Shown: positions 8,818 to 18,087, counted from the stretch's first letter. The stretch is 64,000 bases of DNA from a virus (IMGVR_UViG_3300036966_000119:32001-96000), one strand, 5' to 3'. Notes: a model not told the origin generated them from the letters alone. Program-made: numbers and translations.

Positions 8818-8842
8818 ATATGGGGGCTTCACGCCCCCATAT
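8818..8842. terminator. Hairpin terminator
   Basis: ATATGGGGGC-TTCAC-GCCCCCATAT; T-tract on the minus strand. Confidence 0.75.
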
Positions 8843-8844
8843 AA

Positions 8845-10104
8845 TTAAAAGTCATATTCAAAGTCATCTTCTTCAAGATCAGCTTCACGTGCTTCAATCT
8901 TTGCACGTATTGCTGCAAGCTTTTCCTGTTGGGCTTGGATTCTACGCTGTTCTTCATCGATACGACGCTGTTCTGCTGCAACTTCTTTATCGATGCGAAT
9001 CTGTTTACGCTTATCCAAGAATTCCTGTTTGAATATTGGTAAATGATCAAATACATTCTTCTTGAATGTTGCCCCTGCTGCATGAATATGTCCACCATGT
9101 GACAGAGCACCACATGTATCACCATATTCACGTGATAACCATTCAACAATATCAGCACAGTTAGCACCACCATTATCTTTCGAGTAAAATGTGTACCACC
9201 ATTTTTCGCCATCAAATGCGAATTTACATACTGCAGGTGATGCATCGTACATGTCCTGGAAGATCATTGAATTGCCATCTATACTATTTACACAAGCAAC
9301 ATAGTTGCCATTGATAACAACATAAAATCCAGAAGCAAGATTTCTTGCATTGACAGCAGTACAGTAGTTGAGTATAACTGTGCCATTGTTGATGATGTTG
9401 TTTATGAACTGGGCCTGACTGCGTGCATCAGACTCATCAAATAATTCAACCCATATCTGCGAGAGCGGGTGCTTGTTCTCAGTGAGTTTGAATCCCCATA
9501 CAAATGGTTTTGTTTCAACGATCTTTTGTTTCCAGATATCGTTATCATCAATGAATCTTAGTACCGTCGGTACAGGAGTTATATTTCTTTCAACAACGAT
9601 GGAGTTTCCTTCCTTGTCTATAGGATTACCCTTCTCATCAACAAGGCAACATCTGTTGCGGAGATTATCATCATCGAAATCGAATTTGACTTCATTAGGA
9701 TTCTTACGTCCCTCATCATTGAATATGTCAGCATATATCCATGTAAGCATTGCACCGGATATACCTGCCTTCATGAAAGGTGTATAATGATTATGATCGA
9801 TTTCGTCCTTATGGTCATTATAATATGCAATACCTGTTGCATGATGGTCAATATGTATAACATTACCACCAGAAGCAATTACATGCTGAACAAAATCTAA
9901 CACAGCTTCACACATAGAGATGTCAACAATGTAGACTGTCTCATTCTCTACTAATTCGGGATATCTCTTTGTGAGATCACTGTTATAATTGTATTCAATG
10001 AAATCCTTGGGAGAAATTACCTCCATTGGATTAATAAGATATGCTTTAACAATGTATGCAGCACATCTGCCGTCGTCATCGTTATGATGCAGAATCTTCG
10101 ACAT
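8845..10104 (-). CDS. DHH/DHHA1 family phosphoesterase (NrnA/NrnB-like)
   Basis: HHNDDDG, IVDIS, IDHH and GGHIHAAG motifs. Confidence 0.9.
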   Translation of the reverse strand: MSKILHHNDDDGRCAAYIVKAYLINPMEVISPKDFIEYNYNSDLTKRYPELVENETVYIVDISMCEAVLDFVQHVIASGGNVIHIDHHATGIAYYNDHKDEIDHNHYTPFMKAGISGAMLTWIYADIFNDEGRKNPNEVKFDFDDDNLRNRCCLVDEKGNPIDKEGNSIVVERNITPVPTVLRFIDDNDIWKQKIVETKPFVWGFKLTENKHPLSQIWVELFDESDARSQAQFINNIINNGTVILNYCTAVNARNLASGFYVVINGNYVACVNSIDGNSMIFQDMYDASPAVCKFAFDGEKWWYTFYSKDNGGANCADIVEWLSREYGDTCGALSHGGHIHAAGATFKKNVFDHLPIFKQEFLDKRKQIRIDKEVAAEQRRIDEEQRRIQAQQEKLAAIRAKIEAREADLEEDDFEYDF

Positions 10105-10858
10105 TTAAATCTTTCTCCTTTTCAATATTTTTCAATGCAAATCGGTTTCGAGCACCTTCTATGATCTCTTCCCATTCTCCATCAGCAATGTCTTCGGTGA
10201 TATATGATTCCCATCTATTATCTGAGAGATACTGATTATAGAAGTCTTCATCAAAAGTAATATCATCAAAGATATAAGGAATCTCTTGCTGGAGATATAA
10301 TAACATTGGGATGAATATCTCTTTTATATGTGCATGAGCACCCTTTGCACATCTTAAAGTCAAGAGATTACGGAGAGATCTGATGTTGATCGAAAAACGC
10401 ATTTCACATGCTACTGATAAGTTCAACACGCTTCTTGCTTCCTGGGGCTGGCAGCCAATCGATAACATATCCTGGTAATATCCTTCGGATGCATTACAAG
10501 CCCTTCTCCACATGATCCATGCTTCAGAGTCCTTCTTGAATTCAATGGGTTCAATAAACTTAACACCCTTATCATACTTACAGTATCTGGTAGATTCTAC
10601 TGAGTATGAAGCATGACGGTGACGGGTGAGTTCTCTGAGAACACCCTGGTCAAGACGGAGTATAAATGAAAGTTGAACGTGCTCAAGAATGGATGTGTGT
10701 CCATTCTTGATGCAGCTCTTAACGACATTACCGAGATTCTCAACGGTCATCTTTCCCTCTGACTTATAACATGTTCTTGCAGCAGTATCTAACTCTGCAA
10801 GTATCTTTACTCCGTCGATTTTATGTACTAACTGTACAGCTGGTTTATATAAAATCAT
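10082..10858 (-). CDS. thyX: FAD-dependent thymidylate synthase
   Basis: AARTCY, GHTSILEH, ThyX motif RHRHASYSVESTRY, EARSVL, LRC..AH..I. Confidence 0.93.
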   Translation of the reverse strand: MILYKPAVQLVHKIDGVKILAELDTAARTCYKSEGKMTVENLGNVVKSCIKNGHTSILEHVQLSFILRLDQGVLRELTRHRHASYSVESTRYCKYDKGVKFIEPIEFKKDSEAWIMWRRACNASEGYYQDMLSIGCQPQEARSVLNLSVACEMRFSINIRSLRNLLTLRCAKGAHAHIKEIFIPMLLYLQQEIPYIFDDITFDEDFYNQYLSDNRWESYITEDIADGEWEEIIEGARNRFALKNIEKEKDLNVEDSAS

Positions 10859-11739
10859 TCTGCAATCTCCTCCATTGTTTCATTATGAAGTGCACTGTAG
10901 ATAGATTCATCTTCAAGAAGACCACTTGAAATTGCATCATCATCATACTCATATGCCGTAGGTCTCATTCCGAGAAGTTCCATAGCCTTGTTACGTGTAT
11001 CAGTAACATCCTTTGCGGATACATATACTGTGTAACCGCCGTTACCAGAATCATTTACTACATCAACTGAGTCAACGGGATAGTCTGCTGTAGCAACAAT
11101 ATTATCTATGGCGAGACCACCCTCTCCTGCAGAAGCTTCTACGAGATAAATGGCATCGTCTTCAGCAAGACCTCCACCAACTTTTACACTTGTTTCAGCA
11201 GATTCATCAGGATTTGATGCGAGATCAACACCCGTCATGACAGGACCAGAAGAAGCAGAAGCAGAAATGAATCTTATTGCATCATACATTGTTATGTGAT
11301 GCAGTAAAGTCTTAGTGATGTTGTTAGCATCAAACAACAGAACCTGTGCAAGCTGATGATCTGTGAGACCTGCACAAACGGTTCTGTAGTCAATGTGTAC
11401 ATCATAACTCTCAAGATATGCTGAAAGCTGTTTGATACTGTCAGCAATGAATGCTTTAGCAATATCAGAATCATCAGTAGCTGCATTTATAAGGCCTGTC
11501 TGAAGCTTTACGAACTCATTCTCATTAGCCATCATCTGAGGAATATGAGCTGTAGCTCCACTCCAATCAAATGTTGTTGCATCAAGTTTAAACTCTGCAC
11601 CAACAGCAAGATTGATCTTGATACAGTTGTCGTTAGTTTCAAGAGCATCATCTGCATCAATGGTCTTTGTTTCCTCGACTGCTTCTTCCTTTGCTGCCAT
11701 GCCTGTGATGACAGAGTCCAGTAAATCTTTGTGATTCAT
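10855..11739 (-). CDS. Hypothetical acidic protein
   Basis: 294-aa ORF with RBS AAAGGAG; ATGA overlap with thyX. Confidence 0.75.
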   Translation of the reverse strand: MNHKDLLDSVITGMAAKEEAVEETKTIDADDALETNDNCIKINLAVGAEFKLDATTFDWSGATAHIPQMMANENEFVKLQTGLINAATDDSDIAKAFIADSIKQLSAYLESYDVHIDYRTVCAGLTDHQLAQVLLFDANNITKTLLHHITMYDAIRFISASASSGPVMTGVDLASNPDESAETSVKVGGGLAEDDAIYLVEASAGEGGLAIDNIVATADYPVDSVDVVNDSGNGGYTVYVSAKDVTDTRNKAMELLGMRPTAYEYDDDAISSGLLEDESIYSALHNETMEEIAE

Positions 11740-11741
11740 AA

Positions 11742-11864
11742 TTATTTACTCCTTTTCTTATTTGGTTTATTCTTCTTTTTGCGAGTATCAGATACACGCT
11801 TAAGCACGTCTTCGAGTCTCAATGACTCAGTCGGGTTTTTCTTACCCTTATTCTCTTCCTTCAT
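11742..11864 (-). CDS. 40-aa basic peptide (not in ORF track)
   Basis: RBS GGAGG; MKEENKGKKNPTESLRLEDVLKRVSDTRKKKNKPNKKRSK; fills the operon gap exactly. Confidence 0.55.
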   Translation of the reverse strand: MKEENKGKKNPTESLRLEDVLKRVSDTRKKKNKPNKKRSK

Positions 11865-12033
11865 GTTTACCTCCATATTTTACCTCAGGTATAAGTTTAG
11901 GATGGTCTTTCGGATTATCCAACGGATCATAGATAGGTTCTTCTATAAGGGTAGAATCAATGGGTTCATCGTCAGTAGTAGGATCTAACCCAAGATGTTT
12001 ATCCCAATCAGTTGGTTTAAACCGTTTCTTCAT
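11848..12033 (-). CDS. Hypothetical small protein
   Basis: RBS GAAGGAG, 61 aa, head of the thyX operon. Confidence 0.6.
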   Translation of the reverse strand: MKKRFKPTDWDKHLGLDPTTDDEPIDSTLIEEPIYDPLDNPKDHPKLIPEVKYGGKHEGRE

Positions 12034-12060
12034 GTTGTATCACTCCTTCACACAGAAATG

Positions 12061-12072
12061 TAATGAACTGTT
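12061..12072 (-). promoter_or_regulatory. Candidate late/middle promoter AACA-N6-TA
   Basis: AACAGTTCATTA just upstream of the operon; matches the AR9 late consensus. Confidence 0.4.
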
Positions 12073-12122
12073 ATCAACGTTCATTCAATATAAAAATATA
12101 TGTTCAGAAAGAAGGAATTATC

Positions 12123-12551
12123 ATGTTAGAATTCTCAATCATCACAATCTCTTCATTCGTAACAATGCTTGATGAATTTGTGAAAACATTCACTAAGCTT
12201 GTTTTCAAGAAAGACATCTCCAAATATATTCCGATATTCTCGGTTGTATTTGGTGTTATTCTTGGTATCGTGGGATATTATATCCCTGATGTTGCTATGG
12301 GTAACAACATTGTTGAGGCAATATTCATTGGTATCTCTGCGGGTTCTGCTGCTACAGGTGTTAACCAGATAGGAAAACAGCTTAACAAAACAGACACACC
12401 TTCATTCGACCTTGGTCAGTTTATAGAAGACCAAACAGAAGTTATTGATGGAGTTGATGAAGACGAAGTCGAAGAAGAAGTAGACATCGACGGAACTGAA
12501 GAAGAACATACCGAAGAAGCATGTGATTCTTCAGAAGACGAAGATGAATAA
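12123..12551 (+). CDS. Holin with long acidic C-terminal tail
   Basis: KYIPIFSVVFGVILG...GISAGSAATGVNQIGKQL (A118/Hol5-like pattern) and hydrophobic segments. Confidence 0.8.
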   Translation: MLEFSIITISSFVTMLDEFVKTFTKLVFKKDISKYIPIFSVVFGVILGIVGYYIPDVAMGNNIVEAIFIGISAGSAATGVNQIGKQLNKTDTPSFDLGQFIEDQTEVIDGVDEDEVEEEVDIDGTEEEHTEEACDSSEDEDE

Positions 12552-12566
12552 AAAAAATAACAGAAA

Positions 12567-12591
12567 TGGTGGGGGCATATAGCCCCCACCA
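12567..12591. terminator. Bidirectional hairpin terminator
   Basis: TGGTGGGGGC-ATATA-GCCCCCACCA between convergent genes. Confidence 0.8.
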
Positions 12592-12596
12592 AACTG

Positions 12597-12857
12597 TCAT
12601 TCATATGTTTTTGTTTTTGTAGTGTATGTAAATTTAATTACACCATCTTTGTAGACGGTGAATTCGGATGATAAGACATCTTGGTTTCCACCAAATGCCT
12701 TGATGATATTTTCAACGTAATGTTTTCTGTTCTTGTAATCAGATAAAGCATTTCTTTCGGAACGGGAAAGCTTTATCTCGGAATCAGATTCATCTTTTGC
12801 TGAAAGATATCCATTATTTGAGATCTCTACTGTTTTTATTTTGCTTCCTTTTTTCAT
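12597..12857 (-). CDS. Hypothetical protein
   Basis: 86-aa ORF with RBS GGAAGGA. Confidence 0.65.
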   Translation of the reverse strand: MKKGSKIKTVEISNNGYLSAKDESDSEIKLSRSERNALSDYKNRKHYVENIIKAFGGNQDVLSSEFTVYKDGVIKFTYTTKTKTYE

Positions 12858-12894
12858 AATCCTAAATTCCTTCCCCTGAATAAATACTTAAATA

Positions 12895-13887
12895 TTATGA
12901 GAAATGATTAGATCTGCCATCTCCCCAGAAACTTGTATAATGAGGGAACTCAGACTGATGTGCGAAATAGTAATCTACCGCATCCTTGCAAGACTGTGTG
13001 ACACATGACTGATAGTAGTTAGTGCAGTATGAAGGATTGAACTGACATGGTGCTGTAATTACATTATAGATTGTTGAAGGATTACCATTTGACCATCCTC
13101 CATCACGTACTCTATTCATTACAACAGCTACGACACAAGCTTTATCGTATATAGAAACCCAGTCGCTACCGTATTCTCTTGCGACTGTATTACACAGATA
13201 AATGTATTCAGTTTCAGTTATACAATCCAGAGCAGAACCACTTGCTGCAGGTTGTGGCTGTGGTGGATTATAAGGAGTGATAATTTCAATATCCGGATTA
13301 CATTCCGAACATTTTCTACACTCTATTCCTTCAGTTGATGTTATTTCTTGACAATCTGAATTGAACCATCTACATGTATTCTTATGAACATAATGAGTTG
13401 ATGGCTTGTATACTATGTATTCAGAAGTTGGTTCAGTTGTATCATTATTAGATTCAACTGCATTGTCAACAGCTGCTTCTACCTCTTCAACTATTGTTTC
13501 TTCAACTTCAGTAACTCCAGTTGTTTCTGATTGAGAAGCAACAGTTGTTTTCCCGTCAGTAGATGTTGTTGACTTACTTGTAGATTTATTCGATGTTGTT
13601 GATGTCAATGAGGAGGATGTTGTTGATGACATCTTAATTGTCGATGTAGTAATAGTTGTAACCGATGATGAATAATCTATACTATTGGTATTAAGTTGTG
13701 ATCTATCATCAGCTGCATCAGATGCAGGACCAAAAGTATTTGATGATGTCAAGAATGTTAACATCATTACCAGCATCACTCCAGTTATGACACCGGCTAC
13801 TGATTTCTTATGATCACTGATCTTTTCTATTATTCTCTTACGGACAACGCCGTTATTTTTTTCCTCATTGAATTTGTTATTGTTCAT
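12895..13887 (-). CDS. Membrane-anchored SleB/Hydrolase_2-like cell wall hydrolase
   Basis: RBS GAAAGGAAG before ATG 13887. TM helix, Ser/Thr linker, H..C..CxxCxxC module, then LCNTVAREYG...VVAVVMNRV...TIYNVITAPCQF. Confidence 0.8.
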   Translation of the reverse strand: MNNNKFNEEKNNGVVRKRIIEKISDHKKSVAGVITGVMLVMMLTFLTSSNTFGPASDAADDRSQLNTNSIDYSSSVTTITTSTIKMSSTTSSSLTSTTSNKSTSKSTTSTDGKTTVASQSETTGVTEVEETIVEEVEAAVDNAVESNNDTTEPTSEYIVYKPSTHYVHKNTCRWFNSDCQEITSTEGIECRKCSECNPDIEIITPYNPPQPQPAASGSALDCITETEYIYLCNTVAREYGSDWVSIYDKACVVAVVMNRVRDGGWSNGNPSTIYNVITAPCQFNPSYCTNYYQSCVTQSCKDAVDYYFAHQSEFPHYTSFWGDGRSNHFS

Positions 13888-14067
13888 ATAAAACTTCCTT
13901 TCGTTAATTGGGGTTTGCTTGTTTACATGTTGGACCTTGTATATATATATATACCCAACACTTGGACCATCTGGACCTTTCTTGTCACGATTGTTTGTTT
14001 TATATTTACATACACATTTCGAAAATAGGATTATGTGGTGTACAACGGCTTTCGCCAATTTCCACCA

Positions 14068-14112
14068 TATCTTATTGTTAAAAGTTAAATAAAATTATCA
14101 AACTCAATTGTA
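14068..14112. promoter_or_regulatory. Divergent pair of candidate late promoters (AAC-N7-TA)
   Basis: AACAATAAGATA on minus (14068-14079) and AACTCAATTGTA on plus (14101-14112). Confidence 0.35.
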
Positions 14113-14175
14113 AAGAAATTTATCGTGTATCCGAGAACACGGCTATCTTTTTCTATTAAGAAAGGGGAAAATGTT

Positions 14176-14649
14176 ATGAGTCATACAGAGTTAATTCTTG
14201 CAATAGTTTCTACTGTTGTGGGTTCCGGCGGCATAGCATCAGCTATTGTGGCGTTGCTTAGTGTCCGAAAGTATAAGGCAGAAGCACGAATACTTGAACA
14301 GCAAGTGGACACTAACAGACAGGAAACCGAACAGAAGGTGAATGAATACATACGTACTCAATTAAAAGAATTATCAGATACACACAGAGCAGAGTCTGAT
14401 GAGCTCCGTAAACAAAACAGAGAACTTGGAGACAAGATTACTGTTTTGAATAATAAGATAAATCAACTCATGAATTGGATTATTGTTGATAATAATGCAT
14501 ATCGTTCTTGGTTAGAGAACGAGCTTCTGAAATTAAAACCAGATATTGAGTTTCCTAAGTGTAAACCAACACCTGGATTTATGGATGATTCGGAATCAGA
14601 TGAGAGTATAACAAATATTACAAATGTGGGGACAGCACCTGTCGAATGA
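14176..14649 (+). CDS. N-terminal TM plus coiled-coil protein (possibly lysis-associated)
   Basis: LILAIVSTVVGSGGIASAIVALL followed by a heptad-rich region; RBS AAAGGGG. Confidence 0.65.
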   Translation: MSHTELILAIVSTVVGSGGIASAIVALLSVRKYKAEARILEQQVDTNRQETEQKVNEYIRTQLKELSDTHRAESDELRKQNRELGDKITVLNNKINQLMNWIIVDNNAYRSWLENELLKLKPDIEFPKCKPTPGFMDDSESDESITNITNVGTAPVE

Positions 14650-14660
14650 TTTATTATTTA

Positions 14661-14686
14661 TATTGGGCGGCATATGCCGCCCAATA
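14661..14686. terminator. Perfect palindrome, bidirectional terminator
   Basis: TATTGGGCGGCATATGCCGCCCAATA between convergent genes. Confidence 0.8.
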
Positions 14687-14691
14687 ATGAT

Positions 14692-15009
14692 TCATTTTAA
14701 TATACCAGGATCCATGAAATCTTTTATCTCATTAAATTCATCATCAAGATCGAATTCAGTAGGTGAAGACTCTTTTGTTGCTTCATCTATTACTTTTCGC
14801 CGATAAGCTTCATACAGTTTGTCATTTAACCATGTGATGAATAATATATCACATGTCATTGCAACAATACCAACAATGACGAAACTAAGCCATATGTTAT
14901 CAAAGAATCCTCTTAATAGATAACCGATGTGTACAGTTGCCATTATAGACAATAGGTTTGTTAATAGTGTAACCATGCCGTATGTCTTTATAAATTTCCT
15001 GAAATTCAT
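14692..15009 (-). CDS. Early membrane protein (2 TM)
   Basis: RBS AAGGAGG, ATG 15009; two hydrophobic segments. Confidence 0.7.
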   Translation of the reverse strand: MNFRKFIKTYGMVTLLTNLLSIMATVHIGYLLRGFFDNIWLSFVIVGIVAMTCDILFITWLNDKLYEAYRRKVIDEATKESSPTEFDLDDEFNEIKDFMDPGILK

Positions 15010-15067
15010 ATTGGAACCTCCTTTTGTTGTATTTGATGAATTGCTGTTCAAAGATTCATCGCATATA

Positions 15068-15078
15068 AATAATATATA
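15068..15078 (-). promoter_or_regulatory. Putative early promoter
   Basis: TATATATTATT followed by a GATGAAT...ATTCATC hairpin. Confidence 0.6.
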
Positions 15079-15162
15079 TATATCAAAAGTTCGAATAATC
15101 CATGCAATTTATCTATGCTACCGAGTTTTGTATGCTACCGAAGGATTATTTGGAATCTTCAT

Positions 15163-15232
15163 ATATATATTATTAATGTGAGAAAAGAAAGAATAGGTCT
15201 TTCAAATCTCTTTCCAAATTTAAAGGAGGAAT
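15163..15232 (+). repeat. 70-bp promoter-hairpin-RBS cassette, identical to 33080-33149
   Basis: ATATATATTATTAATGTGAGAAAAGAAAGAATAGGTCTTTCAAATCTCTTTCCAAATTTAAAGGAGGAAT. Confidence 0.92.
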
Positions 15233-15236
15233 AACT

Positions 15237-15539
15237 ATGACTAAATATATCGATTTAAGTAAGAAAAAAGAATTTTCCGGAAGAGAAATAACAGACGCCA
15301 AGATTGGCAAATTCATCCGCATAATCAGAAATTCCAAGAAAGTCCTGGTTCCTGTTAGCCAGGTAAAAATCAATAACCACTCCATCTACAGGCTTGCTGA
15401 CGCTGAGAATGTCATAAAGATCTATCCCGGTAATGGGGTAGCAATGACAAAAGAGGAATATGACGGTATTATGAATCATGGAAAGAAAATAATCGATGAT
15501 ATGTTCGGTGATTTACTCAAGAAAACCGAAAACATATGA
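15237..15539 (+). CDS. Hypothetical early protein
   Basis: 100 aa, directly after the cassette RBS. Confidence 0.75.
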   Translation: MTKYIDLSKKKEFSGREITDAKIGKFIRIIRNSKKVLVPVSQVKINNHSIYRLADAENVIKIYPGNGVAMTKEEYDGIMNHGKKIIDDMFGDLLKKTENI

Positions 15540-15618
15540 GATAAACAAAAAAAAAAGGATAAAAGAAAGTTAAGGGTCTGATCGACACAGATAGGCAATA
15601 CGGTCAGACGATAGAAAG

Positions 15619-15665
15619 AGAATCGCGTAACGGGGGCAAAAGCCCCCGCGAAGATTCTTTTTTAT
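15619..15665. terminator. Extended hairpin terminator
   Basis: CGGGGGC-AAAA-GCCCCCG inside AGAATC...GATTCT, followed by a T-tract. Confidence 0.75.
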
Positions 15666-16801
15666 TTTGTTTCGTTATCAATAACTACGTCGGGTTCCCA
15701 GTTCATGTGAAACGTATTCAATGCAAGATGTTTTAATTTTTTACTTCTACCTTTCCACCAGAATACATCCAACTGAACAGATCTATCGTATATATCATAA
15801 TACTGACAGACCTTTCCACAATAACGAATACGACCAAACACTTGTTCTGCAGTAATACCACTGACATATGGTGAACATGATATGATTCCAGTAATACCAG
15901 GAATATCAGTACCGGTACCACATGATGCAATCGTGGTTACTATTACATCAGCACGTTTAGCATTCTCATTATCGCGTTTTGAATTCTTTGAGTTGATTGT
16001 CCTTATATCAAGATCATATTGGAATTGATCATCCTTGCCAAGATTCATTTTCAAGAAGTATGCACATTCTTCACACAAATCTATCAGTGGCATGAATAAC
16101 AATATCTTTGCATGTGGGTCTCTTTCATATATGACCTTTATAATGTCTTTGCAACAATTGAAATGTGTTTTCTTTTTATCATATGCAATGACCCATTTTC
16201 CATATGTTGCATTACTCATTCCTCTACCACCAGCAACTCTGTATCTGTATATATTAGGATTGCAATAAGAATTGATTGCTACCGCAACATATTCAACCCA
16301 TTTCTTTGGTAGGTTATCCGTCAATAATGAAGACGGTTTATAGAATAATGCATTAGAGAATACATGTCTGAATATAGCATTCTCATCCTTAGATGATCTA
16401 CCATCAGTAGCCGTTAGATATAGATTTCTTTTTACATTGAAAACCATGTCCATTAATATGGTATCCCTAAATTCAAGATGTGCTTCATCGATTATCTTCA
16501 TACCAATACCAAGGTTCTTTGTTATACGCATGGCATATTCCATCTTTGGTATTCTTTTCATTCCTGCACGGAACGTAGCATGTGTCATCAGATAGACATC
16601 ATAATCATATTCATGTTCATTCTTTGCAATACGACATAACTCTTCTGACGTTGCTATTTCATGAACATATTTTGATGACAATCCAGACATGTTATACAAT
16701 GAATTCAACCATTGTTTTCTCAAAGAATCTCGGTGCATGATTATCAATGTCTTAGCTTTATACTTACACAATCCAACACCGGAGCAATACGTCTTACCCA
16801 A
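15662..16801 (-). CDS. uvsW: UvsW-like SF2 helicase, C-terminal part (frameshifted from 16794-17198)
   Basis: Begins GKT; IIDEAH, LTAT, GTDIPGI and QVFGR motifs. Confidence 0.85.
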   Translation of the reverse strand: MGKTYCSGVGLCKYKAKTLIIMHRDSLRKQWLNSLYNMSGLSSKYVHEIATSEELCRIAKNEHEYDYDVYLMTHATFRAGMKRIPKMEYAMRITKNLGIGMKIIDEAHLEFRDTILMDMVFNVKRNLYLTATDGRSSKDENAIFRHVFSNALFYKPSSLLTDNLPKKWVEYVAVAINSYCNPNIYRYRVAGGRGMSNATYGKWVIAYDKKKTHFNCCKDIIKVIYERDPHAKILLFMPLIDLCEECAYFLKMNLGKDDQFQYDLDIRTINSKNSKRDNENAKRADVIVTTIASCGTGTDIPGITGIISCSPYVSGITAEQVFGRIRYCGKVCQYYDIYDRSVQLDVFWWKGRSKKLKHLALNTFHMNWEPDVVIDNETK

Positions 16802-17198
16802 AGCCCGGTTTCTTTACCAGAAACAATTGAGATTGATCTACATTGTTTGAATGATGATTCAAACCAGCAATGAAGTTTATAACGTCAACCTGATCTTCAT
16901 CACGAGGAGCAATGATTTCTTCGTATTCAAAATTCATTTCTCTATAAGGATGATATAGGTCACTTACAACTTCTATGTTTATTAATAATCTCTTAAGATA
17001 ATTAATATCTACTCCTTTGTGCAGATATAATATATCCGTATCAGAGTCATATAAGAAACCCAGAGTTTTCTCTGTTTCAGCAAATTCATCTTCATATGTT
17101 AACATGTTCAATAGTGGCTCCAACATATATGATGCTTTCTCACCAGGATAAACAGTTATCGATGTTGCCTTGATTGTTACTAAGAAACTTTCGGACAT
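16794..17198 (-). CDS. uvsW: UvsW-like SF2 helicase, N-terminal part
   Basis: RBS GGAGGTG; Q-motif-like PRDEDQ; ends KKPGFG, the first half of Walker A. Confidence 0.8.
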   Translation of the reverse strand: MSESFLVTIKATSITVYPGEKASYMLEPLLNMLTYEDEFAETEKTLGFLYDSDTDILYLHKGVDINYLKRLLINIEVVSDLYHPYREMNFEYEEIIAPRDEDQVDVINFIAGLNHHSNNVDQSQLFLVKKPGFG

Positions 17199-17243
17199 TG
17201 GTAATCACCTCCTCTCAAATACAGTGTTTTATTTGAACTGTAC

Positions 17244-18059
17244 TTATGAGTTTTCTCGATTCTGACGCTCTTTGTATTCTTTATACACTCTCTTGAATTC
17301 TTTGTCATCGAAACTCAGGCTTCTGATTTCGACACGACCTTTCTGAGGCATATTACTGTATATGGTATTCAACTCTTTCTCACGATCAATACCACCAAGT
17401 ATATCAGCACGTGCTTCCACAGGACACTGATAATACTTTTGTGCCATTAACTTACGACCCTCTACGTCTATACGGTCTTTTTCATCAAGAGTTTCCTCGA
17501 ATTCTTTTCTCCATTTATAATATTCATCATATGCGTCGTTGTCTGGTTTATTTATATTCTTCTCATATTCCTCATAGTTAGCTCCTTCCATGAGCTGAAT
17601 ATGATCAATTACATGACCTGCTTCATGACACGGAGTTACATTTAATAATTCATTTATGATAACAGGAAGCTCACCCATGTGAGAAATAATTTGAGCTCGT
17701 ATTGAATCGAGTTTTATCAATACATCGATTCTGTCTATATGGATGATACCCTTCTTGTCAACATGCCATTCTGTACATGTTACCGCACTCCTTCGTGTCC
17801 ATTTCTCCTGGAACTTCGTAACATGATCTATTAACTCATCACGTCTGATGGCTGCATCTTTTGATGCGGTACGAGTCCACTGAGATATGCAGTGTGTTAA
17901 ATCTGAAATGATATGAACGTTTATTTTCTTTCTGATTCTGGGCGGAATGATATCTTTGTATTCATCCAATTTCTTGTTGAAATTTTTGGCAAACTCGTCT
18001 GCCAAAGCATATACGAAATCCGCCGTATCAGTAATAAGAAAATCATTTTCGTTAGGCAT
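17244..18059 (-). CDS. Soluble zincin-like metallopeptidase
   Basis: HEAGH with downstream PVEARAD third-ligand motif. Confidence 0.6.
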   Translation of the reverse strand: MPNENDFLITDTADFVYALADEFAKNFNKKLDEYKDIIPPRIRKKINVHIISDLTHCISQWTRTASKDAAIRRDELIDHVTKFQEKWTRRSAVTCTEWHVDKKGIIHIDRIDVLIKLDSIRAQIISHMGELPVIINELLNVTPCHEAGHVIDHIQLMEGANYEEYEKNINKPDNDAYDEYYKWRKEFEETLDEKDRIDVEGRKLMAQKYYQCPVEARADILGGIDREKELNTIYSNMPQKGRVEIRSLSFDDKEFKRVYKEYKERQNRENS

Positions 18060-18087
18060 TTAAAATCTCTCCTTATAAATAATTTAA

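Noticed and set aside
13888-14070. c-di-AMP or c-di-GMP riboswitch ahead of the wall hydrolase
   Set aside because: Conserved ydaO and GEMM motifs were not found by eye; only a generic GNRA hairpin is present.
15577-15625. CTGATCGA...GAAA as a hammerhead ribozyme
   Set aside because: The core is not CUGANGA, it is sequestered in its own stem, and stems II/III cannot be formed.
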